A DNA stretch of 64,000 nt, taken from an uncultured delta proteobacterium. Lineage in GTDB: Bacteria > Desulfobacterota > Binatia > UBA9968. A program made the translations under genes and the position numbers. Positions 50,498 to 62,298 of the stretch are shown here, piece after piece. The notes beneath the pieces are model-generated. The model searched no databases, was not told the origin of the DNA, and was given only the letters and a program-made list of their open reading frames with translations. How positions within the stretch are numbered: position 1 is the stretch's first letter; each line of letters starts with the position of its first letter. The stretch lies in contig CAVSHR010000002.1 of the NCBI GenBank assembly GCA_963727625.1, positions 160,001 to 224,000 of the forward strand, read 5' to 3'.

Positions 50498-51355
50498 CCT
50501 GCCATCGACGCAGGTTACCGCGTACCCGCCAAAGTTTATCGTGTCGTTATCGATACTGACCGCGACCTCGCCGTCGCGGCCGACTTCCATCCCTTGTCGC
50601 GCTCGATAGTTTGCGCCAATCTCCCGAATTAGGCCCGTGTGCTTGAGAAAGGCGGCGACACTCGCGTTGCCGCTGCCGCAGACCGGATCTTCGGCGACGC
50701 CGAGCAGCGGCGCGAACGAGCGCAAATGCAGCTGTGTGCGTCCGTCGCGGGCTCGGCCAAATACCGTAACGCCGGCACTGTGGGTCTCTTCGCTCAGCTT
50801 GCGCACTTCGTCCAAGTTCGGTTGAGCGCCTGCAACCCTCTCAGCCGCGCCGAGATCGCCGACCAGCCAGACCACTCCGACATCGACGCGGAGAAAGTGA
50901 ATTTTTTCATCGCTCGCCATGCCCAGCGCCGCGCTCAGCCGTGGAGCTTGCGCCTCCACGGCGCTGATTTGCGGTTGCGGCGCGCGCACGAAGATTTGTT
51001 CGCCGTCGGCGGTCTTGGCGACTTTCAGTTCGATGTTGCCGGCGAGACATTCCTGGCGCAGTCGGCCAGAGCGCGGCGCGGCAAAGCCGCTTTCGATCAC
51101 CGCGTGAGCGCTGCCGATGGTCGGGTGGCCGGCAAAAGGCAATTCTTGTTTTGGCGTGAAGATTCTCAGGCGGTAATCGGCATCGACGGATGACGGCGGC
51201 AGCACGAAAGTCGTCTCGGATAAATTCGTCCAGGCGGCGATGCGCTGCATTTGTTCGCCGGTGAGTCTTTGCGCATCGAGGACGACCGCCACCGGGTTGC
51301 CCGAGAACGGCCGTTGGGAAAAAACGTCGACCTGCTTAAAAGGAAGCGTGTTCAC
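50483..51355 (-). CDS. PhzF family isomerase/epimerase
   Basis: VDVF....GNP.AV, NLSETTF, RIFTP..ELPFAGHPTIG, EDPVCGS. Confidence 0.93.
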   Translation of the reverse strand: MNTLPFKQVDVFSQRPFSGNPVAVVLDAQRLTGEQMQRIAAWTNLSETTFVLPPSSVDADYRLRIFTPKQELPFAGHPTIGSAHAVIESGFAAPRSGRLRQECLAGNIELKVAKTADGEQIFVRAPQPQISAVEAQAPRLSAALGMASDEKIHFLRVDVGVVWLVGDLGAAERVAGAQPNLDEVRKLSEETHSAGVTVFGRARDGRTQLHLRSFAPLLGVAEDPVCGSGNASVAAFLKHTGLIREIGANYRARQGMEVGRDGEVAVSIDNDTINFGGYAVTCVDGRLRID

Positions 51356-51367
51356 TGCGCACTGTTT

Positions 51368-52369
51368 TTAAATCTTTTTTTCCAGCCGTTTGAAGAAGCC
51401 TTCTTTCTCCAGTTCCTTGAGAAAGCGCATGTCGATGAAATCTTCAGGCTTTTTGGACTTGGCCGCCGGTACGCGCAGCGCCACTTCGTCGATGGCGTTG
51501 CGCATGCCGTCGAGATTCGGCTTGGCGCTGTAGTCGGTCACCTGGATAAAGCTTTGAAAAGTCGCTTCGAGGATCTCCGGGTCGCTGGTCTTCAGATATT
51601 TCGTGATGATTCTTTTGGTTTCGTCTTTGTGCGTGGCCACGTAGTGAAGGCCGTCGATAAAACCCTTGAGAAAATTCTTCACCACCAGCGGGTTTTCCCG
51701 GATGATGCGCTCGCTGGTTTCGATGACGAGCTGTGGATAGGGGATGCCCAGCTCGGCGAGGTTGACTAAAATGGAAAGCCCCTGCTTTTTCGCGGTCAGA
51801 TCCAGCGGCGGCGACACCAGTGTAGCATCCAGCGCGCCGACCAATAATGCCTGCAACCGGCTTGGCTGGGTGCCGCCCTGAAGGATCACGATGTCCTTGG
51901 TCGGATCGAGACCGAATCGTTTGCACACCAGACGTATAGCAGTGTCGGTGCCCGAGCCGAAGCGGCTGATGCCGACCTTCTTGCCTTTGAGTTGGTCCCA
52001 CCGGTTAATTCCCTTGGCCGCCACCAGGCTGTACGGTAGCGTGTTAACCGCGGCGGCGACGATGATCGAGTCGGCGCCTTGGGCGCGGGAGGCAATCGTC
52101 GTCGGACCGGAATTTATCACGAACTGAATATCCCCCGACCGAGCAGCCTGAGCCAGGATCGAACCCGACTCGAACAGCACGACACGCGCATCCAGGCCAT
52201 GTTTCTTCCACATCCCGGCATCCTGCGCGACCCAGGCGTAGACCAGGTTAACGGCCGGTCCCGCAACGCCGACGGTGACAGGCATTTGCGCGCATGCCGC
52301 GAGCGGGTAAGAAAGAACTAGCGCCAGCAGGGTTACGACGGAAAAAGATAGTCTCGGATGTAGGTTCAC
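51368..52369 (-). CDS. NMT1/SsuA-like substrate-binding protein
   Basis: Signal peptide, LKGKKVGISRFGS, PEDFIDMRFLKELEKEGFF. Confidence 0.88.
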   Translation of the reverse strand: MNLHPRLSFSVVTLLALVLSYPLAACAQMPVTVGVAGPAVNLVYAWVAQDAGMWKKHGLDARVVLFESGSILAQAARSGDIQFVINSGPTTIASRAQGADSIIVAAAVNTLPYSLVAAKGINRWDQLKGKKVGISRFGSGTDTAIRLVCKRFGLDPTKDIVILQGGTQPSRLQALLVGALDATLVSPPLDLTAKKQGLSILVNLAELGIPYPQLVIETSERIIRENPLVVKNFLKGFIDGLHYVATHKDETKRIITKYLKTSDPEILEATFQSFIQVTDYSAKPNLDGMRNAIDEVALRVPAAKSKKPEDFIDMRFLKELEKEGFFKRLEKKI

Positions 52370-52528
52370 GCTGTCTCCATTATCGGTAAATTTAACCGGC
52401 AGTCGAAGCCAACAGCGGCTATTTATACGTTGAAAAATACAAGTTCGTTCAAACGTAGAATAGCCACTATTCTATCGTAGAAGGACAACGGCATAAAGAC
52501 GCGCTCCGGTTCAGTTCTTTCAGCGCCG

Positions 52529-52730
52529 TTACGCCAGCGGCGGGTTGGCGCGCAGCGTCCAAACGCTGGCATGGTTCGAAAGGCCGATCTTACGACAGTA
52601 TTTAATGATTTTTGGCGCCGACAGCGGCACCAGCATGGAGCGTTGTCCCATCTTTTGGCGGGTTTTGTGAGTCAACTCGGTGCCGATGCCATGGCATTGA
52701 TGCGACGCGCGCACGATAAGCCGCCCACCG
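52529..52730 (-). pseudogene. Decayed 3' part of a GNAT acetyltransferase
   Basis: LIVRASHQCHGIGTEL (QxxGxG motif A) ... LSAP..IKY..KIG; no 5' half. Confidence 0.6.
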
Positions 52731-52763
52731 GTTAGAGAGACCGGCGACCATCCTCGGTCAGCG

Positions 52764-53381
52764 CTACTGCGCGATGATGGCTTCGCCGTTGTTGACCGTC
52801 ACTTCGCGAATTTTGGCGGGCAGGTTGAACGGTTCGTCCAGGTTGAAACCATTCGGGCGTTCGGGTGTCCGCGAGAAAAAACTCACGAGCTCCTGCAAGA
52901 CCGGTTTTGGCAACGGCACGCCGAGGATATCCGCGGCGTAAAGTTGAAACCGGCCTTGACCCTCCCGAGTGCTGAGCGTTCCGCTCGCCCTGACCGGCAC
53001 CTGGCCGGAGATATAACTCAACGGATCAAAAAATCCGCCCGAGGCGCGGTGCTGCTTGAATTCATCGATATCGACGAACACGCGGCCGCTGAGTCTGCCG
53101 TCGCCGAGCGGAGTTATTTCCGGATTGGCCAAACCACGCGGAATTTTGTCGCGCAAGTTGAAATTCAGATAGGAGTTGATTTCCAGCTCCGACATCGGCG
53201 TTCGCTTCGGCCTGACCGGAACAGCTGCCCCGTTCTTGGCAATCGCCTCGATTTTTCGCGCCATCGCATCGCCTTGCGCTCTGGAGAGTTGCGCCGCTGC
53301 CGCGACCGAAAGAGCCAAGCTGACGATCGCGAGGGCGAGAAGAATAGCGTTGCGCCGCTTGCGAGTCTTCATCCTGCTCAT
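52764..53381 (-). CDS. Secreted hypothetical protein
   Basis: Basic N-terminus plus hydrophobic signal; SELEINSYL; coding-like composition. Confidence 0.75.
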   Translation of the reverse strand: MSRMKTRKRRNAILLALAIVSLALSVAAAAQLSRAQGDAMARKIEAIAKNGAAVPVRPKRTPMSELEINSYLNFNLRDKIPRGLANPEITPLGDGRLSGRVFVDIDEFKQHRASGGFFDPLSYISGQVPVRASGTLSTREGQGRFQLYAADILGVPLPKPVLQELVSFFSRTPERPNGFNLDEPFNLPAKIREVTVNNGEAIIAQ

Positions 53382-53538
53382 ACGATAGGGTCTGGCGCGC
53401 AGCGCCGCAATGGACGCGCATCAATTTAGTGAATCTCGCGGTTTTAGCGTCGCTTCGGCGGCAAAATCGGTGTCTTGCAAAACCTGCCTTGTCATAGTTA
53501 ATTGACAATAATTCCCAAGCTATTGTCAGGAGCAAATC

Positions 53539-55212
53539 ATGGCTGAAAATCTAAAGCCCCGCAGCGGGGTGATCACCAATGGACCGGACCGGGCGCCGAC
53601 AAGAGCGATGCTCAAAGCGGTGGGCTTTTCGGACGAGGACTTGCGCCGTCCGATTGTCGGTGTGGCAAATACCTGGATCGAGATCGGACCATGCAATTAC
53701 CACCTGCGCCGGCTGGCGGCGAAAGTGAAGGAAGGTATCCGCGCCGCCGGCGGCACACCGATGGAGTTCAACACGGTTTCGATCTCCGACGGCATCAGCA
53801 TGGGCGCGGAGGGTATGAAGTGCTCGCTGATCAGCCGCGAGGTGATCGCCGATTCCGTCGAGTTGGTCGCGCGCGGCAATCATTTCGACGCGCTGGTTTG
53901 CTTGTCCGGCTGCGACAAGACCAATCCCGGCGTGGTGATGGCGCTGGCGCGGCTCGATATTCCGGGTCTCGCGCTCTACGGCGGTTCTATCGCTCCCGGC
54001 CATTTGGGCGATAAAGACCTCACGATTCAAGACGTGTTCGAGGCGGTGGGCGCCTATGCCAGCAAGCGCATCGACGCCGAGCAATTTTTGGCCGTGGAAA
54101 ACGCCGCCTGCCCGGGCGCGGGGGCGTGCGGCGGGCAGTTCACCGCCAACACTATGTCGACCGTGCTGGAGTTCCTTGGCATCTCGCCCATGGGCAGCAA
54201 CGGCATTCCCGCCACCGTGGCGGAAAAAGATGAAGCGGCGTTCAACGCCGGCAAGCTGGTCATGGAATTGCTCAAACGCGATTTGAGGCCGTCGCAAATT
54301 CTTACCCGCAAGTCGATCGAGAACGCCATCGCATCCGTCGCCGCCACCGGCGGTTCGACCAATGCGGTGCTGCATTTGCTCGCGATCGCGCGCGAAGCAG
54401 GCGTGGAACTCAACATCGACGATTTTGACCGGATCAGCGAGCGCACGCCGCTGATCGCCGATCTCAAGCCGGGCGGACGATTCGTCGCCAATGATCTTTA
54501 CAAAGCCGGCGGTATTCAACTGGTCGCCAAACGTTTGGTCGACGCCGGACTGATTCACGGCGATGCGATGACGGTTACGGGCAAGACCATCGCCGAAGCC
54601 GCGCAGATGACCAAAGAAACGGCGGGGCAGGAAGTGGTGCGGCCGATAACCGAGCCGCTCAAAGCCACCGGCGGTCTGGTGATCCTCAAAGGCAACTTGG
54701 CTCCGGAAGGCTGCGTGATCAAAGTCGCCGGTCACGAGCGCATGACTCACAAAGGGCCGGCGCGGGTGTTCGATCGCGAAGAAGATGCCTTCGCCGCGGT
54801 GCAGGCTGGCAAGATCAAAGACAACGACGTGGTTGTGATCCGCTACGAGGGACCCAAGGGCGGGCCGGGCATGCGCGAAATGCTCGGCGTCACCGCCGCC
54901 TTGGTGGGCGCCGGACTCGGCGACTCGGTTGCGCTGCTCACCGACGGCCGCTTCTCCGGTGCAACCCATGGATTGATGGCCGGTCATGTCGCCCCCGAAG
55001 CCGCGCACGGCGGACCGATCGCGGCGGTGCGCGACGGTGATACCATCGTTTTCGATGTCAAAGCGCGCCGCTTGGACTTGGAGATCCCGGAGCAGGAACT
55101 AAAAACGCGGCTGAGCCAGTGGAAAGCGCCGGAGCCACGCTACAAAACCGGAGTCATGGCGAAATACGCCAAGTTGGTGTCGTCGGCGTCCGAGGGTGCG
55201 GTGACGCGATGA
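53539..55212 (+). CDS. ilvD: Dihydroxy-acid dehydratase
   Basis: [54 protein letters not shown]. Confidence 0.97.
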   Translation: MAENLKPRSGVITNGPDRAPTRAMLKAVGFSDEDLRRPIVGVANTWIEIGPCNYHLRRLAAKVKEGIRAAGGTPMEFNTVSISDGISMGAEGMKCSLISREVIADSVELVARGNHFDALVCLSGCDKTNPGVVMALARLDIPGLALYGGSIAPGHLGDKDLTIQDVFEAVGAYASKRIDAEQFLAVENAACPGAGACGGQFTANTMSTVLEFLGISPMGSNGIPATVAEKDEAAFNAGKLVMELLKRDLRPSQILTRKSIENAIASVAATGGSTNAVLHLLAIAREAGVELNIDDFDRISERTPLIADLKPGGRFVANDLYKAGGIQLVAKRLVDAGLIHGDAMTVTGKTIAEAAQMTKETAGQEVVRPITEPLKATGGLVILKGNLAPEGCVIKVAGHERMTHKGPARVFDREEDAFAAVQAGKIKDNDVVVIRYEGPKGGPGMREMLGVTAALVGAGLGDSVALLTDGRFSGATHGLMAGHVAPEAAHGGPIAAVRDGDTIVFDVKARRLDLEIPEQELKTRLSQWKAPEPRYKTGVMAKYAKLVSSASEGAVTR

Positions 55213-55265
55213 TTCGGCGAAAGTAATTCGTTCCAACGTTCGAGGGTTCAAGAGTTCAATTCGGA

Positions 55266-55294
55266 AAAGGGAGGCGACGGGCCTCCCTTTTTTT
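55266..55294 (+). terminator. Intrinsic terminator after ilvD
   Basis: aaagggaggc-gacgg-gcctcccttttttt. Confidence 0.8.
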
Positions 55295-55387
55295 ATCGCT
55301 CAATTGACAGTTCCCTGCTGATTTCGATAGTGTTCGGCGGAGCTGAAGCCGAATTAACCATTCGCAATCCAACGAGGAGAATTTTCC

Positions 55388-56467
55388 ATGAGCCTCGACT
55401 ACGTGAGCAATCAAGAGATCATTCAGGCGGCGCGGCGAAATCTGCCGCAGGACGTGTGGGATTATCTGACCGGCGGCGCGGAATCGGAAACGACCATGCG
55501 GCGCAATCGTCTTGGCTTCGACAGCCTCGGCTTGCGGCCGCGTGTGCTGGTGGATGTTTCAAAGGTGGATACCTCGACGACGTTTCTGGGCCAGAAGTTG
55601 CGCATTCCGGTGATGATGGCGCCCATCGGCTCATTGCAAACGATCACGCCCGAAGGCGGCGTTGCCGTGGCAAAAGCGGCGGCGGAGTTCGGCACCATGA
55701 ACTTTCGTCAGCTCCGTCACTCAGCCGACTCTGGAGGAAATCGCCGCGGCACCAACCATCCGAAAATATTTCAGCTCTACATCCGCGGCGGCTTAGACTG
55801 GTGCGCTGAAATCATCGACCGGGTAAAAAAGGCCGGCTACCTGGCGCTCTGCCTCACCGTCGACACGGCGCACTACAGCCGGCGTGAGCGACCGTTGCTC
55901 AATCGCTGGCAGCCGCCGAGTCGGCACCGGGAGGCCGGGCGCATCTATCAAGCGATGCTCACCTGGGAGATGGCTGTGGCAATGAAAAAAATCGCCGGCA
56001 TGCCGCTGATCATCAAAGGCATCGCCACAGCGGAGGACGCGAAGATCGCCGTGGAGTCCGGCGTCGACGTTATCTATGTTTCTAACCACGGCGGACGGCA
56101 ACTGGACCATGGACTAGGGACCATCGACACGCTGCCAGAAATTGTTGAGGCCGTTGGCGGCAAGGCTGAGATCGTGCTCGACGGCGGCGTGACCCGCGGC
56201 ACTGATGTCGTTAAAGCTTTAGCCCTCGGCGCCAAGGCGGTGACCATCGGAAAATTGCAGGGATGGGGTCTCGGTGCCGGCGGCAAAGACGGCTTGATGA
56301 AGGTGCTCGAGTTGCTCGAAGAAGAAATCACGGTGGACATGGCCTTACTCGGCGTGACCCGTGTCGATCAGATTACTTCCAACTACGTTTGCAAGGCGCC
56401 GCCGGTTACCTTCGCCCATGAGATGAGCGCCTTCGTGCATATCCCCGGCACCGGCCAACTACGCTGA
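55388..56467 (+). CDS. FMN-dependent alpha-hydroxy-acid oxidase/dehydrogenase
   Basis: YLTGGAE.E.T.RRN, LTVD, KGI, VSNHGGRQLD, DGGVTRGTD; compensating +1/-1 indels at about 55703-55752. Confidence 0.93.
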   Translation: MSLDYVSNQEIIQAARRNLPQDVWDYLTGGAESETTMRRNRLGFDSLGLRPRVLVDVSKVDTSTTFLGQKLRIPVMMAPIGSLQTITPEGGVAVAKAAAEFGTMNFRQLRHSADSGGNRRGTNHPKIFQLYIRGGLDWCAEIIDRVKKAGYLALCLTVDTAHYSRRERPLLNRWQPPSRHREAGRIYQAMLTWEMAVAMKKIAGMPLIIKGIATAEDAKIAVESGVDVIYVSNHGGRQLDHGLGTIDTLPEIVEAVGGKAEIVLDGGVTRGTDVVKALALGAKAVTIGKLQGWGLGAGGKDGLMKVLELLEEEITVDMALLGVTRVDQITSNYVCKAPPVTFAHEMSAFVHIPGTGQLR

Positions 56468-56741
56468 GGCGGAGCGGTATCGTTGACCGGGTTGTGGCAT
56501 AGCCAACGCTATAATGACGCCGCGTGGGTCCCAGCGAAATTGGCGTTTGTATAACAGGGATATAGTGATTCGATTTCTAAAGGTCGCCACACCACCTTGA
56601 TTGCTCCGACCTTGAGTGCCGAATTTTTGCTGAGTTCTCGCGAAGTTCATCGACCGCCTCTTAGCGCAGGGGTAGCTTTTTACTCTTCATCTGCATAACT
56701 TGGGGCCGCGATTGCCTATTGACTTATACGACTTCGGGCGT

Positions 56742-57014
56742 CTAGGCGACGTCGAGTAGAGCGCGTGGATTTTTGCTCGCGATCACGAGCAAAGTTCTTG
56801 CTGCGCCCGACGGGGCTCGGCGACCCTGCTCCCAATCTTGCAGAGTACGAACCGAAACACCGAGTAACTGGGCAAATCGTGCTTGAGAAAGCTCGGTCTT
56901 CTCGCGAATGCTTGCGATGTCGGGAACATTGATGACACGCCCGTGGTCACCGCGCTTGATTTCGCGGAGGCCATCGAGGATCTCTTGTCCGATATTCCGT
57001 TTGGTTTTAGCCAT
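56742..57014 (-). CDS. HigA-2/NadS-like HTH antitoxin
   Basis: IREKTELSQARFA.LLGVSVRTLQDWEQGRRAPSGAA. Confidence 0.9.
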   Translation of the reverse strand: MAKTKRNIGQEILDGLREIKRGDHGRVINVPDIASIREKTELSQARFAQLLGVSVRTLQDWEQGRRAPSGAARTLLVIASKNPRALLDVA

Positions 57015-57320
57015 CTTCGACTTCCTTTCGAATTTGCCGCAACACATGGGCTGGGATGCTCTCGGCAACATTTTTTGGATATATCGTGAGCCTCCAGATT
57101 AACCCTTGTTTCATCTTGACGTAGTAATCACTCGATACCCGCCGCGTTTGCCGCGACCAGCAGCGCGCCAGCGAAGCTTCCGTAAGCCTCCCGAGCCGGG
57201 CACGATATCACCGGATGCAGGTCTGCGAATCAACTCATCTTGCAGGGCGCGATATTCATCATCGCCCAGATATTCTTGAACCAGACGAGTAAACAACCGA
57301 GTCTCAATAAAACTGAACAC
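57007..57320 (-). CDS. RelE/HigB-2 family toxin (1-nt frameshift near 57127)
   Basis: FIETRLF, GDIVPGSGGLRKLRW...GKRGGYRVI; continues YVKMKQGLIWRLTIYPKN...EDG* in another frame. Confidence 0.85.
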
Positions 57321-57326
57321 TTAAAG

Positions 57327-57355
57327 AATATACGGCGCTGCCGTATATTGGTCAA
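57327..57355 (-). promoter_or_regulatory. TA promoter with overlapping palindromic operator
   Basis: TTGACC-17 bp-TATATT; perfect inverted repeat aatatacggc-gct-gccgtatatt; GTG start 6 nt after the -10. Confidence 0.75.
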
Positions 57356-57482
57356 GGGCTCGACAGTCGCCTTGGAGGGAATTGGGAATTGCCCAAGTAT
57401 TGAGTGTTCGTAACGCACTTTATCCACCCGCCGCTCACAGACGGCAAGATTAATAGAGCAGTGTTTAAGAATTGGCCAGTGT

Positions 57483-58456
57483 TTACGGATAAAGTTCCGT
57501 GGGTTGAGTTTGCACTTTTTCCAATTGCAGCGCGAGCCCTTCGATTTGCTCCTGCCAATAGTGCTCGGTGCCGAAGTCGGGAAACGCCATTTGGAAAGCG
57601 CTGTCTTCCCAGCGGCGCGCGATCCACGCGGAAAAGTGAATCATGCGAAGCGCCCGCAGCGGCTCGATGAGCTGCATCGTCGTCATGTCGAAAGTTCGGA
57701 ACTCTTCGTACGCTTCGAGCAGGATCTCCCTTCGCTCTTTGCCGTACGCGTCGTCTCCGCCGGTGAGCATCCAGATGTCTTGAACGGCAGGCGCGTAGAG
57801 CATGTCGTCGAAATCGATGAAGTACGGATCGTCTCGATTCCACAAAATATTTCCGCAGTGGCAATCGCCATGGAGAGAACGTATTCGACGTCCTCGAAAC
57901 GAGGGATCATCGCGTCGCAAATTTGCGTTACGATCGTTTCGAAGCGACTGGCGAGCTGCATCGGAATGAAGTTTCCGTCTATTAAGAACTTTAAAGGGTC
58001 TCGCCCATAAGTTTGAGGATCAAGCCGTAATCGAGGGGCGGCTTTTACCGTTGCCCCGACGTTATGAAGGCGAGCCATGAACCTTCCCAGGCGCGTGAGC
58101 TGTTCCGTAGTCAGTTCCGCCTCGAGTCGCCCCGGACGCTTCGGGAAGATGGTGAACATGACTTCATTGATCTCGAAAATACTCTGTCCCTGGTCGTCGG
58201 CGAGCGGGCAGACCACCGGGATTTCGTGTTCTTCGAGGGATTTGAGAAAGTCGTGCTCGGCCTGAATCGTGGCGCGGCTCCAGCGGCCGGGGCGGTAAAA
58301 TTTGATGACGACGTGCGGGCCTTCTTCCATCTCGATGTCGTAGACGCGGTTTTCCAGCGCATTGAGCGCGTAGATTCGGCCGGTGCAGCGCCCGCCCAAT
58401 GTCTCGGCGGCGTCGAAAATAGCCTCGGGAAGAATCTGCAAGAAGTTGTCTAACAT
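57483..58456 (-). CDS. srkA: Stress response Ser/Thr kinase SrkA/RdoA (frameshift near 57875)
   Basis: LNALENRVY, KFYRPGRWS, HGDCH.GNILW, IDFDD, AVQDIWM, EPLRALR..H.SAWIARRW.D.AF. Confidence 0.85.
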
Positions 58457-58589
58457 AGACTTCATCCTAGACGAGCGCTGATGCCTTGTACACTGCGGCG
58501 GGCGGGGCCTGAGTTTTTCTGCGTATGATGGGCGACTCGGCGGTGCGGATCCCTGCGGATTCAGGTCGCCGTGGAGCCGAGTCTCCAGC

Positions 58590-58828
58590 CTAAGGGCTGC
58601 CAAAGCCTTGGAGTTTTCCGTCGGGTGTTCTAACGACATGCTTTAGCGGCGCCCCCGAAAGATAGCGGCGCGTATTGTCGCGAAATAGCTCGGCCATCCG
58701 GCGCCACAATCCCCGCCCGCCCACATGGGGCGTCATCAGCAGGTTGGGGAGATCCCAGAGCGGGCTCGCCGCAGGCAACGGTTCTTGGGCGAAGGCGTCG
58801 AGCCCGGCCGCATTGATGCGGCCATCGT
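58590..58828 (-). pseudogene. Duplicated 3' end of the D-2-hydroxyacid dehydrogenase gene
   Basis: GLDAFAQEPLPAASPLWDLPNLLMTPHVGG...; matches 62299-62547 with a 9-bp deletion. Confidence 0.9.
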
Positions 58829-58925
58829 CAGGAATCTCGTTACAGGATTATTTTAGCTTCAGGTAGCTGCTAAATTCCTATGGTAGACCCTCATCACGTG
58901 ACCTTCGCCAAGGAAGGCAGCGTGT

Positions 58926-61638
58926 TCACGAAGCGCATGGTGGTGAGCTGACTTTGTTTTTCTCCCGTAATCGCTCGCGCAGCAAGGCTCCCAGCACCTT
59001 GGCGTTTTCACCGCTCAACATATCTCCAGAGTCTTTACCCGGGACTTGATGCAGTTCAGCTCTGCCGTCCCATAAGGTCGCCCAGTCGAAGTTCTCCAAT
59101 TTGATCTTGCGCGGATGTTCGGATACGAAGATTTCCAATGCTCTTAACCGACCTTTGAGCTTCTTCGGTTGGTGATTTCGCCCCGCTCTTCTACTCGCAT
59201 TAAACACCGCCAGTTGGTGCCTTTCTCGATGAAGCGCTCGGCGCCCTTTACTATCTGTAAGCGTTCGAGCTAGAGATCTGGCTTTTTGGGTGAGGAATTT
59301 GACCCGCTCGAAATTATTTAGACCCCGCATCTCATCGAGATACAATTGCATGCGAGTAGAGAGGAAACCGCCCGGCTGCTCCTGATTCGAGTTTTTGGTT
59401 TCGGAGGGCCCGGGGCTCTGGTTTCGCACAAGTCCGATCGGATCCAGCAATCCGAGAAAACCAATCTCTTCACCCGCTTCGAGCAGTTGGTGGGCCATCT
59501 CGAAGGTTACCCGCGCACCAAAGCAAGCACCGATCAGGATGTAAGGGCCGTGCGGTTCACTGTCGGACTTCGGTGGAAAGCGCTCGGCCATGGCCTCCAC
59601 GCTATCGATGGCACGTTCTTGGCCGTCCAATCCAACCGACTGCAACCCGTAAAAGGGCCGGTCTTTGCCGAGCTCCCGGCAAAGGTCGAAGAACCCGACA
59701 ACGTTACCGTAAACTCCGGGCACCGCAAAGATCGGGGGCTGTTCGCCTGCTTGGGTAAACGGCACTAGCGCCGAGATCTTCTCGGGCTCTGCGGCACTGC
59801 GGAAATGAATGGCCAACAATCCTATGGTCGGGGAATCCACGAGCACGCTAAGCGGCAACAAACGGCCGAATTCGTCATCTAGCCGGGTGAACAATTGAGA
59901 GGCTAAGAGGGAATGACCTCCGAGATCGAAAAAGTTGTCGTCGATGCCGACAGGAATTGTTACACATCAAGTGTTTAAAACCAGATATTAACGAGTCGTT
60001 TCTCGATTTCATTGCCGGCCTCAACATATGCCTTTCCTAATTCCGGCCGGCGGCGGTCTGGTTTAGGCAGCGCTCTGCGATCCAGCTTGCCGTTTGTCAA
60101 TGGCAAGGATTCCATAAATACAAACGCGGACGGTATCATATAGTCGGGCAAGCTTTGTCTCGAAAATAGGCATTGATGTCAGTTACGGTAGGCGCCGGAT
60201 CACCACGAAGAACGACGTAGGCAGTTAGGTACTTGTCTCCGCTTGGACGATCAAACGCCAGGACCGCCGACTGTTTAATTTGCGGATGTTCCGATAGGAC
60301 CGCCTCCACTTCGCCAAACTCGACCTTCGCTCCTCTGATCTTGACTTGGTTGTCTTTGCGACCCAGGTGAAGAAAGCAACCATTTGGTATCATCCGGCCA
60401 AGATCTCCGGATAGATACAGCCGCTCATCGGTATTATCTCTGCTGCGTAAGAATTTCTCGCTCGTAAGTCCCGAGTCGTTCCAATATCCAGTAGATAAAT
60501 AGCGGCTGGCGACGGCGAATTCGCCAATGCAGTTCGTGTCAACTTCATTGCACGCGTCATCAACCAGAAGGACCTTCTTATTGGCAACCGGATAGCCAAC
60601 CGGAACAATCGCGGAATCGATCATTGTGTCTTTTGATATCCAGTATTGACAAATATTCCCCATTTCACTAGCCGACAATTGATTGAGAAGGATGCAGTTT
60701 GGAGCAAAATGCGACTTATAAAGATTAACATCCGCTCTAAACAATGGCTCGCCGCCAAGCTTGATTAAACGAAGATGCGGAAATGTCTCATGTTGCCCAA
60801 GTTCTTGAGCAAAGTAACGGAAAATCGATGGAGTAGCGAGGAAATAGGTAATTTTCTCGGCGCGCAAAAACTCGCCCAGACCCTGAACCCCACGCTCCTT
60901 AATGTCGTAGGGAAATATCGCCGCCCCGGCCATCAAACTCTTGAATGTATCACCGGTATTAAAACTCAAGCGCCGTAGAATGATTAAGCGGTCTTCTGGA
61001 CAAAGAGCAGTGCGATTGCTGAGCGACATGTAGCTGAACAGACTTCGGCGATGGTTACGAATTACTCCTTTTGGCCGTCCACTCGAACCCGATGTGTACC
61101 GAATGATCGCCGGATCGTCAGGTGCGCGTTTTAGGCTCAGGTTGTCGATGGAAATGTCGCTACCCAGTGCATCGACGTTGATCATCGAGCGATTTCGATT
61201 TACCAGATGAGCGGCGATTTTAATGTTATCACCGTATGTAAGAACAGCCTCCGCTCTTGAATCATCAGTCATGAACTTCAATCGATCGATCGGAAACGAC
61301 GGGTCCGCTGCGACCATGATTTTTCCCGCCTTCAAAGCTCCGAGACATGCTATGATTGCCTCTGGGCGGTGGTCGGTCAGTACCATCACGGGACTTAGGT
61401 TATCGCCGCAATTTTGGAGGATTGCACGAGCAACGCGATTAGCAGCGCGGTTTAGCTCGTCATAGGTTAACGCGATATTCCTAGCCTTCAGTGACAAGCA
61501 ATTCCCGTAAAGTTGCACGATTTTCTCAAACCTTGCTGGAATTGATGCCTCGACATCCTCTTTGGGAAACTCGACAAACGTTCCGGAGGGGTGAAAACAC
61601 TTGGCTCGTGTAGCTACTTGTTCTGGCGGTAAATTCAC
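58926..61638 (-). CDS. Stand-alone NRPS-like protein, A-PCP-TE (several frameshifts between about 59560 and 60150)
   Basis: [66 protein letters not shown]. Confidence 0.85.
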
Positions 61639-62298
61639 GCTGCGAACCTCACCGACAAAAACATTTATGTTCCGGTTGTGCGACCATGACCTAAATGGGA
61701 TTTTTACACGACTCTCCTGCCGACATGCAAGGCTAGAAACTGCAAGCCGATTGCGCCTTAGAATTAAAGTAGTTTGTGGGAATTCGCGGTTAAAAAACCG
61801 TCTTGAGAACTTGCGAAGGAAGAGTCCGGAGTCATGGAAAACCCCGAAAACTCAGAAATTGTGACACCGCTCCGGGGATCACCCATCAGATTCAAGGCCT
61901 CGGAGCTATTCCCATCGCGAGGGGAGATTTGGCGTCGATCCTGCGAGTTGACTTATGGAGGGTTCCTAGCTGGATTGGTCCAACCGCCGCGAAATTCTTT
62001 TGATGCGTGATTTTCAAAGTGGTGTCATTTAAATCGACCAGCGACTGAGGCTTGATCAAGGCTAGGGTTTTTCCAGCTGTTTCCAGGTTTCGAAGTTAAC
62101 CCGATACCGGCGGCAGAAATGGTTACGATAACTTATTCTCCGACACAAAACCTTGTTCAGCCCAGCCTCGGCCCTGGTAGTCGCTCCCGATCATGTGGCG
62201 CAGCTCGTCACGACTCAATACGATGGCCGCGCCAACGCCGGTAGGGAGCGTTGCGCTCAGCGAATGCTCCGGGAGCCAGTCATCTTTGAGTCGCCAGC

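Noticed and set aside
53551-55008. Long antisense ORF over ilvD (and similar ones at 23590, 24455, 27059, 62432)
   Set aside because: Shadow frames of GC-rich coding genes with no recognisable motifs
55700-55755. Programmed frameshifting or true pseudogenes at the many frame breaks (6595, 7575, 12960, 32505, 55703, 57127, 57875, 59560-60150, 62351)
   Set aside because: Mostly single-base indels, several in short homopolymers and some mutually compensating, in otherwise undecayed genes; best explained as long-read consensus errors until reads are checked
56693-56729. Independent attC site after higA
   Set aside because: Only 37 bp with weak inner pairing, too short for a functional attC; kept only as supporting context
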